Source: Eledone cirrhosa
Taxonomy: Eukaryota
Assembly: GCA_964016885.1 (NCBI GenBank)
Contig: OZ024742.1
Span: 156,674,001-156,738,000 of the forward strand
Reading direction: 5' to 3'
Length of the DNA stretch: 64,000 bases
Part shown: piece after piece, positions 1 through 11,719 of the stretch
Position numbering within the stretch: the first letter of the stretch is position 1
Layout: the number at the start of each line of letters is the position of its first letter
The notes under the pieces: model-generated
What the model was told of the DNA's origin: nothing
What the model saw: only the letters and a program-made list of their open reading frames with translations
Database searches by the model: none
Program-made: the position numbers and the translations under genes

Positions 1-75
<75 letters not shown>

Positions 76-130
76 AACACAGACACACACACACATACAT
101 ACGCACGCACGCACACACGTGCGTGTGTGT
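1..130. repeat. (CA)n microsatellite
   Basis: Direct CA dinucleotide run, degenerating into CG/TG at its end. Confidence 0.95.
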
Positions 131-552
131 GTAAGCCTTATGCATTTTTACAGTATTTTCACCAAACTTAAGACATAGGTTACTTATGTACTCCGGATAG
201 TCATGGACACTTTCAAATTTCCAGATATTGATTATAGGGCCTCCCGGCAGATAACCCCCTTACACGCTTCCTTGGAGTCGACTGTAGCACTGCAGTGCAA
301 TATAAAAAAACGTCATAACTTCTGGAGTTCGCAACCGATTTTCACAAAACTTGACACATGGGCTACGTTTGTTCGACTGATGAATGTGAATTGGCACATA
401 TTGAGTAGGGGACTCCTGGGGCAGGAACCCCCTTTGGGAAAAAGCCGATACTTTGTAAAAGTATAGTGTTCGAATCACCACTGAAGTATTGACATAAATG
501 GTATACATAACTCCTATTTAATACGCGAGCAACGCCGGCTTACCTCCGCTAG
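131..552 (+). mobile_element. Non-autonomous Helitron-like element, 3' part
   Basis: Ends CGCGAGCAACGCCGGC...CCG-CTAG|T (549-552), the typical Helitron subterminal hairpin plus CTAG. The same GTAA(G/A)CCTTATGC start after a CA tract recurs at the window end (~63988). Confidence 0.6.
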
Positions 553-584
553 TTAATAATATTGCTAATATTAATAATACTAAT

Positions 585-772
585 GGCGGTGGATTGGCAG
601 TATCGGTAGCGAGTCGGACGCCATGCTTTCCAGCATAGAATTGCCTCCCGTTACAATCTAAGTTCAAATCCCGCCGAGGTTAACTTTGCGTTTCAACCTT
701 ACTGGGTCGATAAAATAAAGTACCAGTAACGCACTGGAGTAATTGCTGGCCTTGTGCCAAATTTAGAAACAT
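585..772 (+). mobile_element. tRNA-derived SINE (Nin/Deu-core type)
   Basis: A-box-like TGGCAGTATCGG, B-box-like GTTCAAATCC, core TTTCAxCCTTACxGGGTCGATAAAATAAAGTACCAG, tail GCTGGCCTTGTGCCAAA..AGAAAC. About 12 copies in the window. Confidence 0.9.
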
Positions 773-1222
773 TTAATAAGAGTGCTGTCATAAAATATGC
801 CCATAGCCGCCCTTTTTACTGTTGGAAATTATTTATTATTTCCATCTCAAGATGCATATCCTACACTACACAAAGCATTTTAGTAATTAAATGTAACACA
901 TTTCCACGGTCAGATATATACTATTTTCTATGACTCGGTTATAAAGAATGTAAAGTGTAGAAGGTACTATACATATGCCCTTGTAACAGTTGCTATCGAC
1001 AATAACGTAGTGATATCTATCAACCAAAGAATCGGATGTAACCCCTCATAATATATACAGGGAAATAAATATCCCTTCTATTTCAATGCCATGAAGTTTG
1101 ATGTAGGACATCCAATATCAGTATTGTTTGGTGACCTGATATATATATACATATATATATATATATAAGTTGAAAAAAAATGAAAACGAAATTTCAAAAA
1201 TATATATATATACACACATACT

Positions 1223-1262
<40 letters not shown>

Positions 1263-1944
1263 TCTTTTTTTTATTCTCTTTAGAATGAGATAGTTGTAGA
1301 ATGTAAAATACACATAAACAAATTAATTTACTGCTGAATAAAATGCGCAATCAACGATGAAATTTTAAATTACATTTGCAAAATAACGAATCAATATTTT
1401 GCTTGAAGGCTTAACAAAACACACTTCCTGTGTATTGATATTTCGAAATTCTCTTTGGGAAATTTGGCAATAGTGATAAAAGAATATCAAGGCAACAAAT
1501 GGGATATGTAGTATTGAGAAGATTATCAAATAAACTTTATCGCATATTAGTCAACTTAGACGAAATATTCTTATAATTATTTCTGCTATTTATTTGATAT
1601 GTATATATTCCGATACTCTTGTATATATATATAGCAGCTATTTAATTGGTATATGTATGTTTTGCTTTTGAATTAGACAGAAGTAAATATATTTACGTGA
1701 CACATATGTCAATGGAATTAAATCTTGATTTTCTGTAAGTTCATGAAATCTACAAATATATACCGGCATATACAGAATGAAGTATGCCAGAAATGCTGCA
1801 TTTCTAATGGGCATGCGTTCAATTTGTAAAATAAATAAATAATTTGTTAAAACGTATTACACTTTCAAAATTCAACTACTGCAAGCGGCCGCTGTGAAGG
1901 GGCCCTCTGCATTTCAATTGAAGCCGAATATTCTTAAGTAATAA

Positions 1945-2129
1945 TTGTTTCTACTTTTGGCACAAGGCCAGTAATAACCCAGTGTATTACTGGTACTTTA
2001 TTTTATCAACCCCGTACGGATGACAGGCAAAGTTAACATCGGCGGGATTTGAACTCAGAATGGCAAGGGCCGTAACTCTATGCGTCAAAGCATGGCGCCC
2101 GACCCTCTACCGATACTGCCAATCCAGCG
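1945..2129 (-). mobile_element. SINE copy
   Basis: Reverse complement of 585-772; possible TSD TTAAG(T/C)AATAAT. Confidence 0.9.
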
Positions 2130-2384
2130 TAGTTAAGCAATAATACTAATATGAGAGCATTTAGCTTATAAGATGTAATTATATGTATTCAGTTATATTA
2201 TGTTTGAATTAGAGAAAAACATCAGCGACAATGGGGGGAGGAACAGCAGTATATACGCCCCGATCAAAGTAGTACACACCAATTACACTATGCGGAGAAG
2301 GTATTGATATCATTGATACATTGAGCAGATAGCTAAGCTGCGCCTTCATAAACACATATACGGACACACAAACGTATACACACA

Positions 2385-2514
<130 letters not shown>

Positions 2515-3653
2515 TCTATAAATATAAAGTAATTCCTGTCTGTTTGTTTCTTCACGAACTACTCCTAAGGTTTTGGAGATAGAGCCCCATAACCATATTT
2601 ATTCTGAAACTACATTGCCCAGGGTACTTGAATAAGAATATTTCATTTTAATCAAATGTTTTCTCTTAGATATATATATGAAATGGAACCAGGTAAATGA
2701 AAAGATATGATGCATATTCACAAAATTTCAGCAAATTTCAATAATATTAGAACACCCTAATTAGGATTAAACTCCCTCTATTGAAAGTTTTGGCCAATAA
2801 ATGGAACAATATATGTTGTAACAAGCTGTTCTCATTCCGAGGATTCCACTTATACAAAGTGATAGCGTGTTGTCTTTTATATTTAAGAGGCTGCAGTTCC
2901 CAGTGAGGCCATGCTTTGCCATGAGCATCAATAAGAATCAAGGTCAAACTTACAGAACTATTGGTATAGATCTGAGAAACCCATGTTTCAGTCATGGCAT
3001 GTTTTATGCGGCTGTTTCAAGGACTGGAACTTCAAAATATCTCTACATTTTAGCCAATCAAAGAAAGACAAGAAATGTTGTTTACTCTGAAGTCATTCAT
3101 TAGGACAAAGTATGAAATATATGTTCATGTATTTATTATGTTAACAAATAAATAATTAAACTTTGAATTTCTAATTTGAAAACAATGCTTTACGCAAAAA
3201 TGAAATGACCAAGTTTTGAATTGATATTTTGAAAAACATTATTTACAAGAAACAAAATGAGAATACGATTTAATAATTGATTCTACTTTTGGCCTAAGGC
3301 CAGCAATTACCCAGTGCATTACTGGTACTTTATTTTATCGACCCCGTAAGGATGAAAGGCAAAGTTAACCTCGGCGGGATTTGAACTCAGAATGGCAAGG
3401 GCCGTAACTCTAAGCGTCTGAACCTCTACCGACACTGCCAGTCCACCTCTTTAGAATAAGATTTAATAATGTAAATTGATTTGACATATTACAAAAAATA
3501 ATGTTTTCCAATTTTCCATGCATTACATTTTACATTGAGTAATATTGAAATGCAGAGTTTTTCTCCATAAATTATATCCCTGATTTAAAATTAATCATCA
3601 TTTTCTGACAAAAAAAAGTTGTGAAACGCACCAAGGCGCGGGTAATTCGCGGG

Positions 3654-3654
<1 letters not shown>
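2515..3654 (+). mobile_element. Deleted Helitron carrying a PIF1-helicase C-terminal fragment
   Basis: Starts A|TC-TATAAATATAAAG. ORF 2867-3103 reads FKRLQFPVRPCFAMSINKNQGQT...CFSHGMFYAAVSRTG...TRNVVYSEV (Helitron helicase C-terminus). Ends in a GC hairpin-like CGCACCAAGGCGCGGG. Interrupted by a SINE. Confidence 0.8.
3279..3447 (-). mobile_element. SINE copy nested in the Helitron
   Basis: SINE core on the minus strand; 18-bp TSD AGAATA(C/A)GATTTAATAAT (3260-3277 / 3453-3470). Confidence 0.9.
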
Positions 3655-3691
<37 letters not shown>

Positions 3692-5031
3692 GCACAGAGG
3701 GGGGGGGGGGGGGCTATACATAGATAAGTAGATAATATTGACTGCTAGACTTAATGCATAATAGATATAATATATATTAATATTACTAAGCGTTTTCTGA
3801 AACACTTTGCATTTGATATTGGCTTTCTAAAATACTGTTGAGAGAGCAGTATAAGTGAAACACCAAATCATTCAGTCATTTCATGGAACAGCTACTTTAA
3901 AAATACTCTTAAAGGTCTGTCGTTTTCCGTTTGCTATAGATTTGTATTTTATGACTTGTTACATGTCTTGAATGTCAGGGCTTACTAAGAAGGTCTTTAT
4001 ATTGAATTTAAAGCTGAAAGTTTATACCACAATCCTTGCTGATTATATACGGTTTAATCGGAAAGAATTGATGGACTTTTATTGATCACAATCATATGTA
4101 TTATGCGTCTCATTCGGAGAGTTGGTGCTTAGTAGCTTGAATATTTACCATGAGTGATATGGATTTGTGCTTCCTGCAAAAATGGTATTAGATTTCAGTA
4201 CAAACCTGGATGGAACTAATCGAATCTTCTGCATTTCATCAACTTCTGAAGATATTAAATTCAAATATATTATAATCATGTACTTTACTTCAATAGTTGT
4301 GTTATAAATGCATAAACATATTCTCTATATGGTTACGTTCAGATTCAATAGGAAACTGTATATGGAATTTTATTAACGAGAAGGCTTATTTGACAAAGCT
4401 TAGTTTAGTAGACGTTTGTACTATTCCCAAATGAAAATACTTTATTCATCAAATATTGTGTCGCATTTGATTCAATATTGTGGCTTTTAAACTTAGAAAC
4501 TTAACATGTACATAGAGTTGATTAGTATGAAACTATTTCAAAGGAATTTCTCCATGAAGTCGAATATATAAACTGCAATGATGAACCTATGTTCAAGGAA
4601 GATAGCACAATTAAGTATTGATAGATATGACAGATATTGATTGCTTTATATGAGAAATACCACAATATCTGGCATATATTTACTATTAATATTTTGGCAT
4701 GTGTTTATTAAGATAAATGTACCAATGGAGCTTACAACATTCCAGTCTTCAGCGAAAACAATATATTACAATGTTTAGAATCTTTCACTTAAACGTGGCA
4801 ATTGTTAATATCTATACTGAGCTGAATATCAATATTTCTTCACATGCATCTTTTCAAATACCTCGGGTAGTAGTCATTTTTGAAAGAAATGCACTCGATG
4901 TCAAAATTATATCTAATACCTGTTATTCTCAACAAAGATCTCTTAACCTCATAGGCCAGGTGGGAGTGCCGGACAGAAGATAGAAGTATATTCTCAATTT
5001 AGAACTTACAGTTTTATATACTAGTACAATT

Positions 5032-5549
5032 TAGTCAAAACGACCAGATTTCATCTCGACCAGGGGGAGATTAATAATTTATTAACCTGCCATTGAACCA
5101 CATTAGCATATGGGTGGATAATACATTTGTCCCTATTCGTTTTTTGCGTGTAGGGATATATACTTTATTATTATTAATCTCCCCCTGGTCGAGATGAAAT
5201 CTGGTCGATTTGACTACTGCTATTTATAGTGGTAGTAGATTGAGCCCCCTGCCTCTGCCTTCTATCTTTATACACGGCACTGGACAGAATTGCTTCCACA
5301 TCATTCATTCTCATCTCGGGAACAATTTTGAATAGCGCCAGTTCGTAATCTGAACTCGGGAATTTTATATTCTCCGAGTGAAAAGAAACTTCTGACGAGA
5401 GTGTATCTTTTCAATGGAAACCCGCAAGGACTTTCACTTATTTTTGAGACTCGAAACTGATTCGGTAAAAGTAACCATAGTAAGTACAGTGAATTTTTTG
5501 AAATTTATTTTTAAACTTTTTCTTATTTGCTAAACCTTGATTATTTATA

Positions 5550-5550
<1 letters not shown>
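5032..5550 (+). mobile_element. PLE-type pseudo-LTR / retrozyme-like element with inverted head
   Basis: 47-bp inverted repeat 5032-5078 / 5170-5216; HHR at 5388-5472; ends at (TA)n. Confidence 0.65.
5388..5472 (+). ncRNA. Type I hammerhead ribozyme motif
   Basis: ACTT-CTGACGA-GAGT[long loop]ACTC-GAAA-CTGATTCGG-TA-AAAGT. Stem III is near-palindromic; stem I has a 1-nt register defect. Confidence 0.7.
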
Positions 5551-5582
<32 letters not shown>

Positions 5583-5586
<4 letters not shown>

Positions 5587-6919
5587 ATATATTTAGAAAC
5601 ACACAGATACATGCGGACACACACCTATACATGAATGCATCCGCACCCAACCGTGAGTTAAGGGTGCCAACTTCACCGATGTTGCTCAATGAATGACTGG
5701 GACAGACCAATCCGGTTGAACTAGACTGAACCAGTTTCAGAGTTAAAAATACATTATGAAGAGAGAAGAAACATTTAGATATAATTAGTAATAAAATGTA
5801 TCATACCTAAACTGCTCCTAGATTCCTCGACTACGTAGTTTTGTGGCATAAACAAAAACAATACATCATAAAGATATAGAGTCCTTGCGAGGTCTGCCGA
5901 CTTATCAAGTGGATACCTCATTTTACTAATCTCAAGAACGTGTCTACACGACGTGAGAAAGAATCCCAAAAGGCGGAGGGGGAGATAGTCACGCGATATA
6001 ACGGTCGAGAAACAGCTAAGCCTCTTATAACCCCGAAGAAAATACCACGGAGGCGGAGGGGGTATTTATATCGAAGCCGTAGAAGAGGTGGTGAAGGGGG
6101 CGAGAAGTATGAGTAATGGAAGCTTTTCAGCAGTCCCCACACTTCAAAGGTTGCTCGACCAGAGGGGGTTATTAACAATATATTTAGAAACACAGATACA
6201 TGCGGACACACCCCTATACATGAATGCATCCGCACCCAACCGTGAGTTAAGGGTGCCAACTTCACCGATGTTGCTCAATGAATGACTGGGACAGACCAAT
6301 CCGGTTGAACTAGACTGAACCAGTATCAGAGTTAAAAATACATTATGATACTGGTTCAGTCTAGTTCAACCGGATTGGTCTGTCCCAGTCATTCATTGAG
6401 CAACATCGGTGAAGTTGGCACCCTTAACTCACGGTTGGGTGCGGATGCATTCATGTATAGGTGTGTGTCCGCATGTATCTGTGTGTTTCTAAATATATTG
6501 TTAATAACTCCCTCTGGTCGAGCAACCTTTGAAGTGTGGGGACTGCTGAAAAGCTTCCATTACTCATACTTCTCGCCCCTTCACCACCTCTTCTACGGCT
6601 TCGATATAAATACCCCCTCCGCCTCCGTGGTATTTTTTTCGGGGTTATAAGAGGCTTAGCTCTGTTTCTCGACCGTTATATCGCGTGACTATCTCCCCCT
6701 CCGCCTTTTGGGATTCTTTCTCACGTCGTGTAGACGCGTTCTTGAGACTCGTAAAATGAGGTATCCTCTTGATAAGTCGGCAGACCTCGCAAGGACTCTA
6801 TATCTTTTTGATGTATTGTTTTTGTTTATGCCACGAAACCACGTAGTCGAGGAATCTAGGAGCGGTTTAGGTATGATACATTTTATTACTAATTATATCT
6901 AAATGTTTCTTCTCTCTTC

Positions 6920-6925
<6 letters not shown>
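5583..6925. mobile_element. ~592-bp HHR-bearing unit (retrozyme-like): 1.3 tandem units plus one inverted unit, within (TA)n
   Basis: 5591-5750 repeats at 6182-6345. 6346-6924 is the reverse complement of 5753-6328. Same family as 34155-35270. Confidence 0.85.
6764..6853 (+). ncRNA. Type I hammerhead, U3:A8 variant core
   Basis: TCCTC-TTGATAA-GT(C)GGCA[loop]TGCCAC-GAAA-CCACGTAG-TC-GAGGA. The mirror copy at 5824-5913 (minus) has GAAA mutated to AAAA. Confidence 0.75.
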
Positions 6926-6977
<52 letters not shown>

Positions 6978-7910
6978 GTTAAAAGAATAGAGGTGTAACA
7001 CACAAGTTATTATATATTGGTAAACGGAATAGAAAATGCTGACAAATTGTTCACAGTTGAAAAATGTTTTAATTAGGAATAAAAGAGTATTAGTGATTTT
7101 ATGGGTTAGTATTCAGTTGTGGTTTTAAGTTATTAAGTTTTTACCGGTTGCGCATTTCTAAATGCTTTTCAAAAATAATTTTGTGATAGAGTGTCCGTGC
7201 TGTTTGCTCTGATCTGATTAGTTTTGGGAATTCTACCTGTTTTTATGTTAAAAAAGTGGTCCCAATTTGCAAAAATTATTGTGGTCAAAACAATTTTGAT
7301 TGGTCGGTAGAGGTCATGTGAATGTAAAAAATTGATTTTGCGCCAAGACTGTGTTTATGTTAAAAAAGTGGCTCCAGCAAAAATTCTTGTGGTCAAAACA
7401 ATTTTGATTGGTCGGTAGAGGTCATGTGAATAAAAAATTTGTTTTGCGCCAAGATTGAGAAATGACTCTTTCACAACAAATATGTGTGAACCAATTTTTT
7501 TATTCACATGACCTCTACCGACCAATCAAAATTGTTTTGACCACAAGAATTTTTGCTGGAGCCACTTTTTTAACATAAAAACAGTCTTGGCGCAAAATCA
7601 ATTTTTTACATTCACATGACCTCTACCGACCAATCAAAATTGTTTTGATCACAAGAATTTTTGCAAATTGGAGCCACTTTTTTAACATAAAAACAGGTAG
7701 AATTCCCAAAACGAATCAGATCAGAGCAAACAGCACGGACACTCTATCTCAAAATTATTTTTGAAAAGCAATAAGAAATGCGCAACCGGTAAAAACTTAA
7801 AAACCACAACTGAATACTAACCCATACAATCACTAATACTCTTTTATTCCTAATTAAACCATTTTTCAACTGTGAACAATTTGTCAGCATTTTCTATTCC
7901 GTTTACCAAT
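6978..7910. mobile_element. Head-to-head palindromic PLE pseudo-LTR element within (TA)n
   Basis: About 7011-7440 is the reverse complement of 7493-7912. An internal 112-bp duplication is present in both arms. Variant HHR in each arm; same family as 54000-54240. Confidence 0.8.
7757..7795 (+). ncRNA. Minimal hammerhead-like motif, variant core (UUGAAAA / GCAA)
   Basis: TTT-TTGAAAA-GCA-ATAAGAAA-TGC-GCAA-CCGG-TA-AAAA. Copies at 7138-7176 (minus) and 54047-54083 (plus). Confidence 0.55.
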
Positions 7911-8267
7911 ATATATATATATATATATTAATTCAAAATATTAATAAAAATAGACATTCGTGTGATCAAGTATATTTTATTTCAGAGGTACTGAGCTATA
8001 TTCAACAGTACGTCCTCATCAGATAAAATAAGATGATGCATGACATACCCTGACATAGTAGATGGTTAAGATTCAGTCATGGTAGTAAATATGATATTAT
8101 ATAACTTAAGATTGAACAAACTTACATATAACACAGAGCGTGCGTGTGATAAAGCTTAAACATACATAATAGCAATTTACATAACTGTTAAAGTTTAGAA
8201 CACCAAAACTGTTGAGTGCTTCCAATCTATTGTAAAATGTATTCATTGAAACTTGTTTAACATTTAA

Positions 8268-8298
<31 letters not shown>

Positions 8299-8521
8299 TA
8301 TATAGATAGATAGATAGATAGATATAAATAGTAAGATGACTGAATCAGCATGGGTTTCACTGGTAGTACCGGATGCATCTCAGCGTACTTAATAGGTAAT
8401 GTTCTGTAAACTCCCAGGTAGACATTAATAATAATATTCGATTAGTTTGCAATTATGCAAACAGTCTCCCTCATCTATCTCTCTCTCTCTCTATGTATCT
8501 ATCTATGTCGATCTCTCTCTC

Positions 8522-8555
<34 letters not shown>

Positions 8556-8560
8556 TATAT

Positions 8561-9032
8561 GCTATCGCCGTGTTTTGACTAAATAAATTAAAGAAATTAT
8601 TTAGCCTGATAGTGGAATTAAGAACCCTCGGATAAATGGAAAAATATGAGTATTGACGTACATGGGAGTCGAACCCACATCTTTGGTTATCCGGATCACT
8701 GGGCTACCATTTACACCAACACATAACCAAACCACTCGCTGTTTCAAAAATATTCTTACTTGACATTACAGTCGCTAAGTATATAGCTTCTAACTTGAAG
8801 GGAAAGAGACGGGTGATGTGTTTGTGTAAATGGTAGCACAGTGGTCCGGATAACCAAAGATGTGGGTTCGACTCCCATGTACGTCAATACTCATCTTTTT
8901 CCATTTATCCGAGGTTTCTTAACTCCACTATCAGGCTAAATAATTTTTTTAATTTCTTTACTCAAAATACGGCGATAGCTTACATTTCTAATACTTTCAA
9001 ACCCACTCGCTGTTTCGAAAATATTCTTACTT
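8561..9032. mobile_element. ~270-bp unit element with tRNA-like cloverleaf; partial tandem plus inverted copy; left end abuts (TA)n
   Basis: 8561-8726 is the reverse complement of 8814-8979; 8729-8761 repeats directly at ~9000-9032. Confidence 0.75.
8814..8887 (+). pseudogene. tRNA-like cloverleaf (loop CCGGATA, nominal anticodon GGA); probably not a decoding tRNA
   Basis: Acceptor stem TGATGTG/TACGTCA, D arm GTGT/GCAC, anticodon arm TGGT/ACCA, T arm GTGGG-TTCGACT-CCCAT; T5 run about 10 nt downstream. Has C33 rather than U33 and a short variable loop. Confidence 0.7.
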
Positions 9033-9319
9033 AATATATATATCAAAGTGTATAGGTGTGTGTCTACGAAATCATTTAAAGAGGTATATGTAATAACTCC
9101 ACAGTTTATATTTAAGTTAATAAACATTTGTTAGATGTTATCACGTTTCTTGTCATTTCCCCTCTCAATGCATTATATTCTACTTATTTTGTCTTTTAAA
9201 ACAACCCATTTTCTGAATCATTATATTTTCATAGATCTTCTCTTACATTCTCCATTTTAATTTTTTTCTGCTATAGTTATCCTCATACATTCCTCTAGTA
9301 TTCATTTTTATGGGTAATA

Positions 9320-9398
<79 letters not shown>

Positions 9399-9964
9399 CT
9401 CTATCCATATGTTCAGATAATGTCTCACGCTAAAATGTTACTAAATAGCCATTGTCAAATATATTTTAAAATATTACCAATAACCGAAATAATATCAATG
9501 TGTCACCAAAGAAAAATAACTAAAAAAATGTTGCTACACAATCGACATCAAATTTCGTTCGAAATTGCATCGCATATTACTTTCAATGAAAATATGAAGC
9601 AATGTTTATTGAATTATCATACCTTAAGTACAGTTTGGCAAGGAAACTTGTCTCGCTTAAATCACTGACAAATTTCAGGAGAAATGCCAAATTTCCTTTT
9701 GCCTAGTGGCTTTTATTTTGAAAAGATTTATGTAGCAAAAGAATTGTTCACCTGAAGACAATATAGACATTCATAATCACTCGATATATTTAAAAAAATA
9801 GACGCATTTGGGAATATATTTTAAGTGAATCGAGATAGTGATTAATTTAAAGGGGACTTTAAGCACTGAACTGGATATATTATGATTTCATGGCTTCCTT
9901 CCCCACGTGTATTTCTAGTCATACGGGGACACACACAGATACATCCACTTACACTTAAAAAATA

Positions 9965-10000
<36 letters not shown>

Positions 10001-10230
10001 TATATATATATATATATATATATACATTTATATGTACATATATATATGTATGTATGTATGTGTATATATATATATATATTTATATGTACATATATAAATA
10101 AATGTATATATATGTATATATATCTACACAAACACACACACATATATATAATATAAGTATGTATACGTAAACACATATATGTATACATATGTACAGTAGT
10201 ATGTATATATATACATATATATATATATAC

Positions 10231-10304
<74 letters not shown>

Positions 10305-10305
<1 letters not shown>

Positions 10306-11688
10306 CACACATTTATCATAATGCTCGGTGTGTTTGCAAACAAACATCCCGAATTAAGCCGTACAGTGTCTAGCAACCACCGTTGCTCATTTGGTCAACA
10401 CTGACAAAGGAACGCTGTACTAGTGTCAAGCTCATTAGCTATCGTCAGCAACGTATACCTTCCTGCCAGATGATTGAACATCTGAAAGTATATAATTTCC
10501 TTAAGCATATTAACGGCTGAGCAGCCTAATTTGCATATTGTGTCAGTTAATCGCTCGGGATACCGAAAACGATAAACGGAAAAAATGAAACGAAATTTCA
10601 TTTCTCACTCTTAGTACGGCTGTTACTTTAATTTAAGTATGTATACGTACATACATATATGTATACAGTAGTATGTATATATAAATACATACATGCACAC
10701 ATATATATATATATATGTACGTATGGATTCACCGAACATTTATTATAATGATCGGTGATTTTGTAAACGAACACCTCGCATTAAGCCGTACAATGTCTAG
10801 CAACCATCGTTGCTCATTTGTTCAACACTGACAAAGGAACGTTGTACTAGTTTCAAGCTTAACTCTACTCGATATACAAATTAGGCTGCTCAGCCAGTAA
10901 TAAGCATAAGGAAAGTATATACTTTAAGACGTTCAATCATCTGACAGAAAGATATACGTTGCTGGCGATAGCTTGAAACTAGTCCAGCGTTCCTTTGTCA
11001 GTGTTAAACAAATGAGCAACGATGGTTGCAAGACACTGTCGGCTTCATTCGCGTGTTTGTTTACTAACACACCGAACATTATATTAAATGTTCGGTGATC
11101 CCATACGTACATATATATATGTGTGCATGTATGTATATATATATATACATACAACTGTACGTCTGTATATATATATATATATGTGTGTACGTATACATAC
11201 TTATATATAAGTAACAGCCGTACAAAGAGTGAGAAATGAAATTTCGTTTCATTTTTTCCGTTTATCATTTTCGGTAATCCGGCCAATTAACTTACTCGAT
11301 ATGCAAATTAGGCTGCTCAGCCGTTAATATGCATAAGGAAAGTATATACTTTCAGACGTTCAATCATCTGGAAGGAAGGTATACGTTGCTGACGATAGCT
11401 AATAAGCTTGAAACTAGTACAGCGTTCCTTTGTCAGTGTTGAACAAATGAGCAACGATGGTTGCTAGACACTGTACGGCTTAATTCGGGATCTTTGTTTA
11501 CAAACACACCGAGGATTATAATAAATGTTCGGTGAATCCATACGTACATATTTATATGTGTGCATGTATGTATGTATTTATATATAAATACCACTGTACG
11601 TTTGTATACATATATATACGTATACATACTTATATTTAAGCAACAGCCGTACTAAGAGTGAGAAATGAAATTTCGTTTCATTTTTCCG

Positions 11689-11690
<2 letters not shown>
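10305..11690. mobile_element. ~428-bp HHR-bearing tandem unit (retrozyme-like): ~1.3 units minus-sense plus ~1.9 units plus-sense, within (TA)n
   Basis: Period 10411 to 10838 and 10861 to 11289; inversion junction at ~10860. Confidence 0.85.
11383..11425 (+). ncRNA. Minimal type I hammerhead ribozyme
   Basis: ACGTTG-CTGACGA-TAGCT-AATA-AGCTT-GAAA-CTAG-TA-CAGCGT; palindromic stem III ACTAGT. Degenerate copies at ~10956 (plus), ~10412-10454 (minus) and ~10839-10860 (minus). Confidence 0.8.

Positions 11691-11719
<29 letters not shown>

Noticed and set aside
5438-6902. Repeated small ORFs (MGFFLTSCR..., MVCPSHSLS...) in the 593-bp unit
   Set aside because: Non-ATG starts, disrupted in the 34-kb copies, and no recognisable domain; the unit is treated as non-coding.
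7243-7453. Spaced repeats as a CRISPR array
   Set aside because: A simple 112-bp tandem duplication in eukaryotic DNA, with no unique spacers or cas genes.
7960-8030. Hammerhead on the minus strand (TATTTTAT-CTGATGA..GAAA)
   Set aside because: Stem III and the NUH site are missing, so it is a relic only. Similarly weak motifs at ~15170-15218, ~36185-36230 and ~37192-37232 were not listed as ribozymes.
8814-8887. Functional tRNA-Ser(GGA) gene
   Set aside because: C33, no long variable arm, a mismatched top anticodon-stem pair, and location within a rearranged repeat.
9882-10404. Many ORFs rich in YI, CV, TH or RE repeats (also at 2333, 16164, 20890, 35247, 37979, 49432, 54250)
   Set aside because: Translations of (TA)n, (CA)n and (GA)n microsatellites that happen to lack stops; not genes.
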